DNA from: Catajapyx aquilonaris
Lineage: Eukaryota
Length of the DNA: 35,719 bases
Assembly: GCA_000934665.2 (NCBI GenBank)
Contig: JYFJ02003985.1
Coordinates: 1-35,719, forward strand
Reading direction: 5' to 3'
Shown here: positions 1-12,656 of the stretch, piece by piece
How positions within the stretch are numbered: position 1 is the stretch's first letter
Layout: every line of letters begins with the position of its first letter
The notes under the pieces: model-generated
The model's database searches: none
Told to the model about the DNA's origin: nothing
Seen by the model: only the letters and a program-made list of their open reading frames with translations
Program-made: the position numbers and the translations under genes

Positions 1-3000
1 CTCCTATCCTCCCAAAAACTACATTCTCTCCACCCACGCTATTTTCTCTCTCTCTCTTTCTTCTCTTTTTCTTCTGCTGTTGTCCACCCACCCCACCCCA
101 CCTTTCCTGCAGCAGCTCCATTTCCCTCTGACTCCGTCTCTCTCCGCTCGATTCTCAGTTTTTTCCCCAGCTCTGAACAATCACAAATATACCCGCCAAC
201 TGCTGGAAACGATTTCCAGATTTGAAAACAAACAACAACACGATGCGAGTAAACGTTGCGGAAAGCAGCAGAAATTCCACTCCGTCTCTAAGGAAAGAAA
301 AAAAAAAAATAGAGAGAGACTGAGAGAAAAACTATTGCGTTCTATTTTTTTTTTGAGGAGGAATGGTGCCAGGTTCCAAATTGCTGTGTCCACTGTGGAA
401 CACATCGGGCGTAATATAGAGTGCATATGATTTAACTCATTTTCAATTAAGTGAAGCACTGATGCGGCGATTCCAATTTGTGATTGATGCATTGTCTCGT
501 TATTGCAAGTAATTTTCAGCTGTGAAAGCATGAGTATCATTGACCACATTATAGCAAATTTTAAAATATTTACACTTTCACTCAAATATTGTTTCAGAGC
601 AAGTGTTAGCCTTCTCATCACTGATTGATTGATACTGAATACTGACTGATCACTAAAATATAGTACACAAAATCACTCACGTAGGATGTAGCAAAATATC
701 GAGGTCAAAGCTACCCAAAATAATTCAGCGAGTAGCAACAAGTAAGTTCATTTGGAGGAACGCGACACCTTTCTAAACGCGTTTAGTATACTGGCAATCA
801 GCTGAGTTTAAATTGATTTGCCTGAATTTGCCATTTGAATAGATAGGCGCTCCGATTCCGCTCCGAAGAGTCCCCTGATGCACACAACAGAGCTGGTGCT
901 AGAATCCTTTGTTCGCCAAAAACAAGTTTAGGTTAGTTACCTGCAGCCCCAAGGTTTTCGCAAAGTCGCCTCGGGATACGAACACAGCTTTACATGTGCT
1001 TTTGATTTAAATCTTGTTGTGATGAAATTAGGGCTCAATTAGGAGCAAAACTGCGCCGCGATGAAGCCACTTCCTGTCACGGCATCAAGCCACTCTTCAT
1101 TCCCATATAACCCCGACCTTATCACGCCAGATAAACAGATAATACCATCCTATTACTGTCCCATTCCACAAACTACACTCATTTCATATTTTCTCCTCTA
1201 TATTTACATAGTTATTATATTTATCAAATTGCCCCCATTGAGGCTTTTCCCCATGGTTGACATATCCGAAATTAAAATTTTAATCTATATTTTCATACAT
1301 TTGTTTTTAAAATTATATCAGTCAAAACTATACATGCTTCGTTAGTCGCTGACGGAATTATCGCTAAGCAATTTAATTTTAATTCGCTTTTCTTTTTCTT
1401 GGTACAGTAGGTACATGCTGACATGCGTATTATTATGTATGATGTTATTGCGTCAAGGGCTCAGCATGTGAAGTCCCTGCATCCCATGAACTCCGAATTT
1501 ATTCCAATAATATTCTAACAAAACATTTTTCTACAATCAAAATCAAAACTACAATTCAATGAAAACAATATTCTTCTTCTATCCTCCTCGATAATTTTAA
1601 ACAATTATTTGTACGTCAGATATGTCTTTTTCACTGTGAACTAATATATTAACATTTAAGTTCACAGCCCATTTTGGACCGGACCTCTTATTCTTTATCT
1701 GGATCCAATTTCTCGCTCGTTTTCCACTTTTCCAAGCCGCACTTTGTGACTCAGGCGCGAGTAAATCAAAAGAAAAAGGCAAGTTATTTGCGGGCAAGCA
1801 GCATCCGGAGAGAGAGGGGGGGGGGTCTGTATGGAGGCTGATAAGAAAAGGAGCCGGCCGCAGTCCGCGGGTATAAAAGATGGCGGAATCCGTCCCCAGA
1901 TAGTAAATCATCTTTTTCTCAGGCCTACCACTGCATGGCAGTCTTCCGGTCAGCATTTTTCCCCGAGAGCGTCTTTTTCCCTCGTCGCCTAACATCTCTT
2001 CTCCCAAGAAAAAATTATTGCCAACCGCTCTCTCCGGAATCGTCCCCAAGACTTGAAGGCACTTCTTCTTTAGCCCGAGGGGGAAATATTGTCTACTAAA
2101 AAAAAATGTGCCGGCGCCTTTTTGTCCACTCTCCGCATTTAATGCAGATATCATTGCAAATTATCGTGCGATATTATGATGGGGTAAAAATGAGACACCC
2201 GGTGACTGCGGCTGTTGCGCAATACTCGGATACAACCTTGCCAAGAAAAGTCGACCAGCTTCAAAGAGAGGATCTTAACGCCATTATATTTTTGCAAGGA
2301 GGCTCGAGGCCCCCTGGTAAAGTTCATCCTTCACATTCTTGATCGAATTTGCCATAGGGCTCACCCATTCAAGCGCCGGCGTAACATTGGTTCAAAAGGT
2401 CACCTTCATCCCACCTTTCACGCGCAACAGTAACTAATCACTGGTTATCTTTGGCTCTTTTGATTATTTCTTGGCCCTCTTTTTTTCTCTCCTTTTTTTC
2501 CTCAGCACGAGCTGTGCAGACTCGAGAGAAAGTGTCTCCAAGCAGCATACAAATGGCGGTATTTTCTTTGCAGACCGGGTTTTTAAAGAGGAGCTCATGC
2601 ACCCTGGGCCTTTAACATGAACAGCTTTATCTTTCCCATCCAATTTGGCTCGAGATGACTGACTGTTATTGATGCGTTAGGACCAGCACTAACTTGGCTC
2701 ATCTTGCCATCGCCCGAGGGCCATCCTTTTTGTTGCAACAAGGAAACAAGCTACTTTTTTTTTTGTATGCCCTCCGGTCATGGAAAAACTCTTACATTGT
2801 TATCTGATTTTCAGCCCCACCTCCTCCTTAAAACACTACAGAGCAAACATGTAAACCGCGGTATAAGTCAAGTGGTGTCAGCGGCAGACTTCAGTCCGAA
2901 TTATTCGCACCAGTGGCTCAGATTATTAAAATGAGCTGCCAACTCTCTCACATGGTATATTCGCTGATCATTAAATCCCCAGCAAGATTTGAAACAGGCG

Positions 3001-3298
3001 AATTATCGGAATTCCAATCTGGCAGTAATAGGCGGCAATAAACATGGGGCTGGTTGAAAGCAAAATTGAATCCTTCTGAGATATACGTACACTCTTTTGC
3101 TATTTATTTTTTTCTTCATCTGGGCGACCTGGTTGGTTGAGGCTGCCGCCATCATCCTTTCCGCTCTGGTTGCCTCGCAGATTATTTGGGGGGCCGGCAA
3201 TGTCAGAGGCAGCCATACGACTCCCTACTGTTGCCCTTATTACTCTCGGCCAACTTTTCCAGATATTTTGCCAACAAACTTCGCCTCAGATCAATTCC

Positions 3299-3316
3299 AG
3301 AGAGAGAGAGAGAGAG
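3299..3316. repeat. (AG)9 microsatellite
   Basis: Read directly from the sequence. Confidence 0.9.
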
Positions 3317-5161
3317 AAAAAAAAATTGTATCCTAGACACGACGCAACACGTCAGACTAGAGTTGTCTAACTCTCAGGATAATTCGGGCCGAGAGCGATG
3401 GGCCCTTTTAATGATGTAACATGTCGCAATGAAGCGATGCGCATGTGCTTAACGATCATGATGCCGCTGCAGGGAGAGAGAAGTTTGCAAGTACCAGGGG
3501 CTACAAAACTGGATAAAAAGTGCCCGGGGCGTGGATGTTAGTGTGAATAGACGGGTGAACGCCCGTCCAACTCCCACGCTAAACATCAGTAGTTAAGTGC
3601 TCTCGTGTATAGGTAACACACAGGATGGGTACACTGCCCAAAAGTCGAAAACTAATCACTAAAAAAAAAAAATTAAACGGACACACAAAATATTTTTTAA
3701 TAAGGACTCCTGCATAATGATATGGGCATTAAATCTGGTCATAATCTGCAAAAATGGCCCTCGGGTAAACAAGTTATCAGTGAAAATGCCCATTTGTTTT
3801 TAGCGTCGCATGTACTGCGTCACATCGCACGAGCCAAGTACCGGTCCCTTAATATCTAACCACATTTTGTTGCAAAAAAAAACCCCAGCAAAGTGGCTGT
3901 TAGCCAAGTGCACTGACCTAATCGCTATTACCTTACACGTATTGATTTTGCATTGGGAAACAAACGAGCCGCTTAACCCGGAATAAAATCCGGACCTACT
4001 TCAGGAATACCCCCAACCTCAGAAAATCGGTTTCGTCATTTCTTCTCAGAAACAGTCAGGTAATGGAAGACATCTCTCAGAATAAATGGGCGCTCCGGAT
4101 AAAGCCCCGGATAATGCTCCAGGCGCTTCCTTGAGGTTGCTGAGAGGTGAAATTCCATTTGACGTTCTTTTCCCAAATGCAAAATTGCACGCGTGGAAGA
4201 ACACCCGAGTCCATCTCGAAAATGAAGCCGCCTCGCAGCTCAAGATCCTTCCTTCTCCCGTCCTACTTATTCATGCCAAAGGGCGAGTGTCCAGCTGACT
4301 CTGTCAGAGACTGATGCAACTTGTGTCCGGGACAGCAGCTCTTGGGCACCAGCCGAGCGGAAGGAAGGAAGCAACAACACTTTCCAATTCTCTCTCTCTC
4401 GGATTCACTCATTTTACACCACGACTGTTCCACTTTCAGGCGACAATAGTGGTCACATCAAGGTTACAACGTTGGAAGCCTAAATACAGTAAGAGAAATG
4501 GCGCCACCCACGAATATCGATTTAAAATCGATACGTATCAAGCATGGGGTCATCAAAACATATACTAAAAATGTAAGGTCAGAGGAAGCTAGTCTGGTGT
4601 CCTTTGGCCTTTGGGATGGCCTCCCAACACACGCAATTTCAACTCAGGATAACTTTACAAGGATGCTTTTGTTGGCGTGGGAAGAAGCGGATCCTGGGTG
4701 AGAATGAAGTGGGTGGGTGGGAGGGTTTGGGTATGGACTCGCAGATCGATCCCTTCGTCGGTTGTGCTATATTGATAAGTGGGGTGGGAGGGTGGGAAAA
4801 TCCGGCTTTTGGGCTTGTGGCCAGCTAAAAGATCCGCTTTTGAATCCCGAAACTTCGTCGAGAGAAAATCTGCAGACGCCTCAGAATATATACACACCAA
4901 GCCCTAAGGATTAAATAATTTTTTAATATAAAATTTTGATGGGAATTAAATTTGGACCCCTCCTGGGCAGTGTAGTCTCACCTGGCGTGTGGAATGGAAG
5001 CCATTAAGCAATCAGAGCGCTAATTTTCAGCCAAGCGGCGATTGGCATAAATCACATCCTGCTCATTTCCGGACCATCCCCTTTCCCCACACCCCCCTCC
5101 AAGCCTCATAAATTCAGCCACCCCCCATCCAAAGCTTCCTCCGAACCTTTTTCAGGACTTT

Positions 5162-5179
5162 GTCGTCGTCGTCGTCGTC
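5162..5179. repeat. (GTC)6 microsatellite
   Basis: Read directly from the sequence. Confidence 0.9.
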
Positions 5180-8100
5180 AGCAAGGTTGCCACGAGCAGG
5201 TGCAGCCACATCGTCGCTCTACAAGTTTAAACCCCGACATGCGACAGGGCTGCCCAAAAAGATCATTTCCATTGTCAGCCTCAGTCTCCCAAATGGCACG
5301 TGTCGGACTGAACTTTGCTGCAAGCCATTTCGCTGCCAGAATAACGGATATCAGAAGCAGCCATGCGGTCTGAATTGTTAGCAGGGGTTTTAATAATATG
5401 CGGTAGTGTACTGCTGTGAAATTATGATTAGGTCTACACCCAAAGTTGGCATCATATTAATATTATTGGAATGTGCATAAAAATACATTCCTAGTTGCCA
5501 GATTGTACATACCCAGCACCTACCAGCAGGCAACGAATCGCCGAATTAAACGGGTCAAGCAGCTGAATCGACTTGGAAGGTCCTCCCCGGGTTTTGTCCG
5601 GATATTGATAGTCCTCCTCCCTTACCGAAGATTCTAATCGAATCGGCAGCCGACTGGATCTCCGATATTGGCAAGGAAGGCCAATTCCAATAAATTGCTT
5701 CCCAATCATTCACCGCTCTATGTGGGATAGTCCCATTCAGCATGCGGGAACATAAAAATTGTGGCCGCATATTTTCATATATATATTTTTTAGCTTGAAA
5801 ATCCGGAGCAGACGACACACCCTGGCCTTCCTAATTGATCGCGCGCCTTCATAGATCGGCTAGAGGGGAGGCCTATATTTCCAGCCCCCCCCCTACGGCC
5901 AACACCCCCTAAACTCCCATCCGTTGCTTAGCAACCGGATGGAGCAAGGAACTCTGGCTGCTGCCATGGCCCAGGGCTGGCCAAAAACTGAAACTGGGGC
6001 TTGCACCGTTGCATATATATCTCTCTCTACCAAGCCCAACAATCACTTGTAACTCCCACCCATTTCACTCCTCGCCGATTCAATTATACACGACCCAAGA
6101 ACCCCACCCGATTCCCATTTTTTATTCCCTGTTCTTCCTTTAATCAACCATGTTTTTTTCGCCCGTAGTGGCTTATTGCGCTTTGATAAATCTGGAGCAA
6201 AGGCATATATTGTTGGACCCGCATTTTTTTATGGAGGAGGCAAAAAAAAAAATTAATCAAATTTTGAGGACGGGTGGAACTTTTGAAACAGTTGGAATAC
6301 AGGCGGCAAGGATCGATGCGATATCAAAAGGTCGTTTTCGAGAGAGGAATCAGAGCTGTGCCTACCAGAACTTCAAACGACGTCTCAACCCAGCACGCCC
6401 ACCACTTGTTCAGGTATAAGTACGCAAGTGCTTTTTTCAGGCTCCAATGAAAATGTTCTACCTCTCAAAAAACACAGAGGTCAACTAAATTGCAATCCAA
6501 GTAACATATGAAGCAAGAATCACACATACAAGTGAATATTTTGTGTGACCGATTGTCCCGCCATACACTATGGTTTGCGCGACGCTCAGATTGCCCCCTG
6601 TTCTGCGCCTGCGCAATGGGGAGGCAGCGCCTCTGGTGGTTGTCAGGAGGAACTAGTTTTTAAAATTGCATACATTTTTGAGGGATAGTGTTCTCTCTTG
6701 TCACGTGCNACTAAACAAATCGATAGGTAAAGTGTTTTTGATAGTGGGTGAGACACACTCCCACCGTTGACGCCGGGTCGTTTAAATATTCCACAACATG
6801 ATCCCGTTCGTTCAAGTTTCATCCTCTGTGGCCGCATCGTATCAATAAGCGATGTAGATTGCAGTAAACTGGCGCACTCTGGAGGCGGACACGTTGTTTC
6901 ATCGGCTGTTTTCACATGGTTGGACTGACTTTTTCGGGTAGTGTAAAATTTCGGCGGATACAAATGGTACGACTAGATTTGACACGTGTTACACCGCATA
7001 TCCTGGGCACTTCAGAGCTTTTTTGTTCAATTTCCCTGCCATTTAGAGCTTCAGGAGGGAATAAAAAAAGCAGGGCTATGAAAGACTGTAGGAAGAATTT
7101 TAATGAAAACATGAATTTGCATGCCTTTGTTCTGCTCTCCTCATACATAACCGCTGGGCTAATATTTCGCAATATATCATGCACTAGAGTGCATAAGGCT
7201 TGAACAGACGAAGCAAAGTGCAATAATTCCCTTCAAAACCGCCTCATTTTTGTCCACTTTTCCAACCATAATGTGAACTATTGTTTAACTATTTATAACC
7301 CAAGCCTTGATGTGTCAGCTTAGGGACACTATTGGCGCAATTTCCACTTTCGTGGCAGAATATCCAATTTCACGGGAATCCCAGTTTTCCAGGAAATCTG
7401 TTTAAGCACAATTTTCCGAATAATCCGCTGTTCGCAGAAACTTTCACGTCGACTAACAGTTCATAAACCCTCGGGATCAGCTCCGTTGCTCACAAAACTT
7501 ACTTTGTGCCCATGCTGTACCTTATAAACGCAACCATCGTGTCCTAAGGGCAAACTAAGAAGCCAATAAGCGACGCTTCATTGGCCTTAATAACGAAACT
7601 AGATTATTGTTATTGTTATTAAGGGCTAGCCAGCTTCCTTCGACAGCTGCTTGGAAGGACGACCTTCCAGGATATGACGTCACACCAATGACAAGGGTCA
7701 CCTCCAGGCCTGTCAACTATTTAAAAATAGTTAAAAATAGAGTAACATAAGTCACACGTGAGAACTACGGTTCGAATATGTCCGGAAACACAGGTGACCC
7801 AGGTTTCTCTCATTAACCCTTTTTTTAAACATACAAAAAAAGAGACCCTTCCCAGATGGCCAAGGTCAGCTCTGGCTTACCTGGAAAGCACATTGCGTTC
7901 CCGTGAGTACCAGGGGCAGCGTGGGAAAAAACCAATTTAATCACCTGCCCTCTGATGGCCCGCGGTAATAAAATATAACATAACGACCGTAATAATCAAC
8001 CGCAAAAATTGCGATTTAATTTGAAGCCCGCACGACTTTTTAGTCCATCAATTGTGCAAAAAGTCAGCAACCTACATACACACCAGTAGGCTACTTTGCA

Positions 8101-11100
8101 TATTGCGGAAGCCAGTTTTATTAAAAATCAGTCCGCCAACTTTTCCTGTGTGAAGTGAAAACTGGTTAACATTTTTTACGAAATAATAATCACCTGTCAG
8201 TCGATGCCGGACCTGCTCAAATATTCACCGTTACGAAATTCGCACAGCGTAATAAGTTCAACTACTGTACTGCAAGCGTATTTTCGAACTGAAAAAAAAG
8301 TAATGTCGGCTACAGTGAGGTGTCCTTAAAGTCCATATCTGAGCTGTTGACCCGTCAGAAGTGGGTCATGAGGTCAGACTTTACTTAACGGAATCCAGGT
8401 TGCGTTACGCATATTTTCAGGTGCCGTCAACTATTTCAATTATCATGTATCACAGCACGTGAATACAATTTTTTTGTCAGTTTTTTCCCGTGACAATTTG
8501 TGAGTGAATGAAACATCCGTGGTGAGAAGTCACGACTAGGTGTGTCCTTCCCAACAACTCCGAAGCAACAAAAGGCAACGACCATTTTCAATGTCAATTG
8601 TTCTGAGAACGGGGGCGTTGTTTTTCTACCCAGGCGGTGAACAACAAAGGGCCATCGGGGTCAATATTACCGCCCAAAATCCCCCAAGCTCCAGCTTGAT
8701 CAATGTTGCAAAATTTTGCACCCTCTTTTTTATATATACTGTATGTAGGACCTACTCTAAAAATGGCACTGCATGAGAGGGTGGAAAGGCCATTATCTTG
8801 ATTGCATTACAGTACTTTGCGGACAGAGGATGTGCCTGGTCTGACCCAGATTCGACCTCGCCATCTGTTGACACTCGCTAAAAGCTAGAAGCATACAACA
8901 ATATTATGATTATGGAACAATTTTTTTTCTGGTTGATACACAGGTGTTCCAGGTTATCAGAATCAATCTATACGTATATTGCATGTCACGCCTACACAAC
9001 AGCACGAAACTGAGCAACTACAGCAGGATATCAAATATCCCAATCGCACCATTCCGCCCACTTGTCATGCTCATATTTAATTAACACTCTAATCCGAGTA
9101 CGACCTTCGCACCTGCCTCTGTACACCTGTTCGTAACTCATACTCGCGTGCATATTGTGCTGCTTAAAAATTAAAGCGGATTAATCAAATTACTTGTAGA
9201 AAAAATATGCTTCATATAATTTGGAGATATATGCTACATTTTTCTCAAAAACATGTAAAATATTGACCAGCCGTAAAGCCGTAAAACAAAGACAGCCCTA
9301 CTTAGCTGCAAGTCAGTAATTTTTTTAACGGAAGTGTGTCATCTGGCAGAAGACACTCCAACTGACTTGTGTTTGGTCTTGGTTCCCAGGCTAGCCGAAT
9401 AAATCGTTGAAGTGAATGGGATGGCGTCAGACTCAGGACAGGTGGTCAACCTGCAACAAGGGGCTACCATGGAAGCACAACAAGTCATGTGTGTGAGGTC
9501 ACGCATGAGAGCAGCGGGGGCGGGAATGGACCTCATGCTTCAAGAGTCCGCCTGGGAAAAAGGTCGAGGGGCATCCTGTCTCCCCCCCCTTTCCACCCAC
9601 CACAAAATTAAAGCCAACCCCGACAATCAACATGATCCTTAGAAACATATCCGCCGCTTCGAAGAAACAATTTTTTTTTAAGTTACAGGTAGGCCCCAAT
9701 CGAAAGGGAACGCCAGTCACACAGGTAGCCGTCCTACTTTCCAAGGGAACAGCTTTCATTCTCGCCATTCTCACTTCGCCAATTGAACATACCACTGGCG
9801 AGAAACCGAAGCACTTAACTAGGCCGACAATCTTGCAAGAAGGGCCTTGAATCATGCAATTCATCACATAGGTTTGCTCATGATGTTACATTACATGAAA
9901 AATACCGACTGAGCACAACGCTATATATAACTCAGGTACCGGTATATCCCAGCCAGCAGCTGATTGATTCGTTGACATCCCAACTGGTTTGGAACTATTT
10001 GGACATGAAAAGGAAAACCGCAGCTGCCGATCATGGGTTATTTCCTCTTCTATGACATACCAGGCTGTCATACATTTTGCTCCATGACACCAGTCCGTCA
10101 CGCTCCAGCTGTCCGTCGTTTTTGATTCCGACCCATCGCCCCAACTGACTTTCAGACAAACAAGCTGCTGCAACAAAGCTTCACTTTCCCAAACTGCTAA
10201 TGAATTGACGGAGAGAATACGCCAATTAAGTTAAGCCCTTTAATTAGACGGTATTAATTAGCAGCTCTGAGTCAATAATGTTTCGACCGGAAACTGGCCG
10301 GATTGGTCCGTTTGCATGTGACCAGCAAATCCACAGTTCAAGGCGATGTATATTGTTTATTCCAGCAACAGGGTAGTAAGACACCCTGTAGGTCGGGTCA
10401 CGGTTAGCAGACACTTTGCAAATTGCAATCCCATCAAGTCCATAATGAGGTTTGCCTAAGAAACTCATCCAAGTCTTTCAAACCAATTTGCACCTGTTAA
10501 TTGCGACCTGCAGGGATGCCCAAACTGAGCTCAATCTGTGGGTCAAAAGGTCACCTTCAAGGTGCACCCCGCCTATGAAACTGATACACGTCACTAACCC
10601 CCCTCTCTTTACACCCTCCATTTCCTTTTAAGCTTTCCCGGCTTCCGGTTTCCCAACCATTGTTGAATCTACGGTCACCCACCTGACACATCCTCCATTG
10701 CCACATTATTTTGTTGCCCTTTTCGCGTGCCTTCCTTCCCACCCTGCCCTTTAACCTCCCTACTCGTTTTCTCCTCTTGATAAACCTTATACGAAAAAAG
10801 TTTTTATTCCCAGAAGACGAAACTCGAAGAAAGCAATTTTGCTCCACCAAATGGAATGGCAAAGAATACCAACGGTTTTTTCTTTTATTGGTGAGACTTG
10901 GGTACGAATCACATTTTTGGAGAGGAAAAAGTCAGTGACCGCTTTAAGCTTCCGTTCTGTCATATATATGGTATGTGGGAAATGGTCGCGGAAAAATTCC
11001 TAATGAGGATCCTTTGCCCACTGAAACCGTTGTAACCTAACGGAGATTTTTTTCTCCCATTTTGGCGATTTTTATACATGGAACGTCGCATATACTGTAC

Positions 11101-12550
11101 TTCCGCCTGGATCCTACAATAGTTTCCAATTTTCAAATAGGTTCCGCTTTGCATGAGTGGGACAAGGTGCTCTCCAACACTGCACGCAAATGAAGATGTC
11201 AGCTAGCAAAAAAAAAAATACATTGTTACTCGCCCAACCGGAATATAAATCTGAATTCGCCGTTTTTGCACGTCTTTTTTTTAAAAAAAACTCCGGAATT
11301 AATCCATCCGCAAAAATTGGACAAAAAAAATTCATCGCTGATTTGTGCTCCATCAACTGTGGAATTCAAAAACTGTTCAATTTGTACCGCACCAATGTGT
11401 CGATATATCGATATTCATGGGTTACATCCTGAGCCGTGATTGGCCCCTTATTTACATCCACTGGCGACGTTTTTTTTAAGTAAAACCTACCTATAGGATG
11501 GTGGGGTCAGTCCGACCAGTTTTACGACACACTTCCTGCTGCACCTCACATACTTCCACTCTACACACACATCCAAGGCCACATTTGTTTCTACTCACGT
11601 CCTTAGTACCGCGCAGGCATTTAAAACGCCTCGGAAAAACAAACAGTCGCACTTCTCCAGCCTGCAGCCATGCCAGGAATGACCGTAAAACCCGAATGAC
11701 GCATTGAAAAACATGTGACAATAACCCGAGCTTTAATGAGGCAGTGGTTCTTAAGTGGTAACCACTTATACCCGATGATTCCAATACAGAAAAGGGGAAC
11801 ACGTGGTGGTGGATGGCCTGTGTTGGTTGGACTCGGGCCAACAGAAAATTGCCCAAGGAAGGGTTGTCCAAGGACACGTTCCTCACTTCGCAGGTAAACA
11901 GGAGTCCAATTAAATTGAGTCACTACCTAAACACTTGCTCAAGGTCGCGGGAGATTCTACGTGATGGAATTTTTCATCCCTCCAGACATTGCTAACAGGT
12001 GGTAAAAATACGGCGATGAGGTACAGCATTCCTCAAACTTGTCGCTAAAATGTTGAGAAGGTCACTATATAATATGAAATTAATCGGCAGCTTGTACACA
12101 CCTCATTGTCGAGGTGCAGTCAAGCACGCCCAATGTGCACAAACGGTGTGGGTTTTACAATTGGCCGTACAGCCCATCACGTGTGCACATTACAAAAAAT
12201 ATATACGCCGAGAATGGCCTGAAGAGAAGAAAAAAAAATCGCGTGCAAATCACGCCCAACAGGATAGAGGACATTGCTCTCTTTTCGTCTTACCAGCCTT
12301 ATTTTCTACGCCCGAGTACGTAGCCAGTATATCATTTTTTAGCAAAAAAAATTTGCACATTCAAAGCCCACATGCACGAGCGCGCTTTACCCTCGTGACG
12401 TAATGGCTTAAAAAGACGCCCAATTTGGCGAACTGTGTGGACCGGAATCAATATAGAGGATGGGGAAGCAGACTCTTGCAAAAGGTGGGGAAGATGAGTC
12501 AACCTCGAGTTCCTTTGCTTCATTATTCTGCTCACAGAGTCGGTGTTTAC

Positions 12551-12656
12551 CTTGAGGGGGACTAGAGTCTCTTCTTCCTCGATGCACAAGGAACTCCCCA
12601 GGAAATAAACAGCCAAAGCCCTCATAGTGCATCAGGTCGCGGTATCTTTCCGCCAT
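12551..12656 (-). CDS. Candidate first coding exon of a second, unidentified gene (MAERYRDLMHYEGFGCLFPGEFLVHRGRRDSSPPQ-G)
   Basis: Branch-like CTAAT and acceptor gttgtag (AG 12661-12662), ATG GCG at 12656, donor CAAG|GTAAAC. A good upstream donor CAG|GTGAGT lies at 13071/13070. No downstream exon was confidently identified. Confidence 0.35.

Noticed and set aside
80..2154. ORFs of 94-185 aa at the left end of the window
   Set aside because: Low-complexity translations of A/T runs and GA tracts, with no domains or convincing splice structure.
3661..8330. Possible TTAA-flanked (Kolobok/piggyBac-like) transposon ends at about 3850 and 8328
   Set aside because: I could not find matching partner TIRs, so the elements cannot be delimited.
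10381..10405. miR-10-like sequence ACCCTGTAG
   Set aside because: Only the seed region matches, and no precursor hairpin is evident.
11406..11413. DRE promoter motif TATCGATA (also at 18324-18331)
   Set aside because: Isolated 8-mers with no other promoter evidence; the count is compatible with chance.
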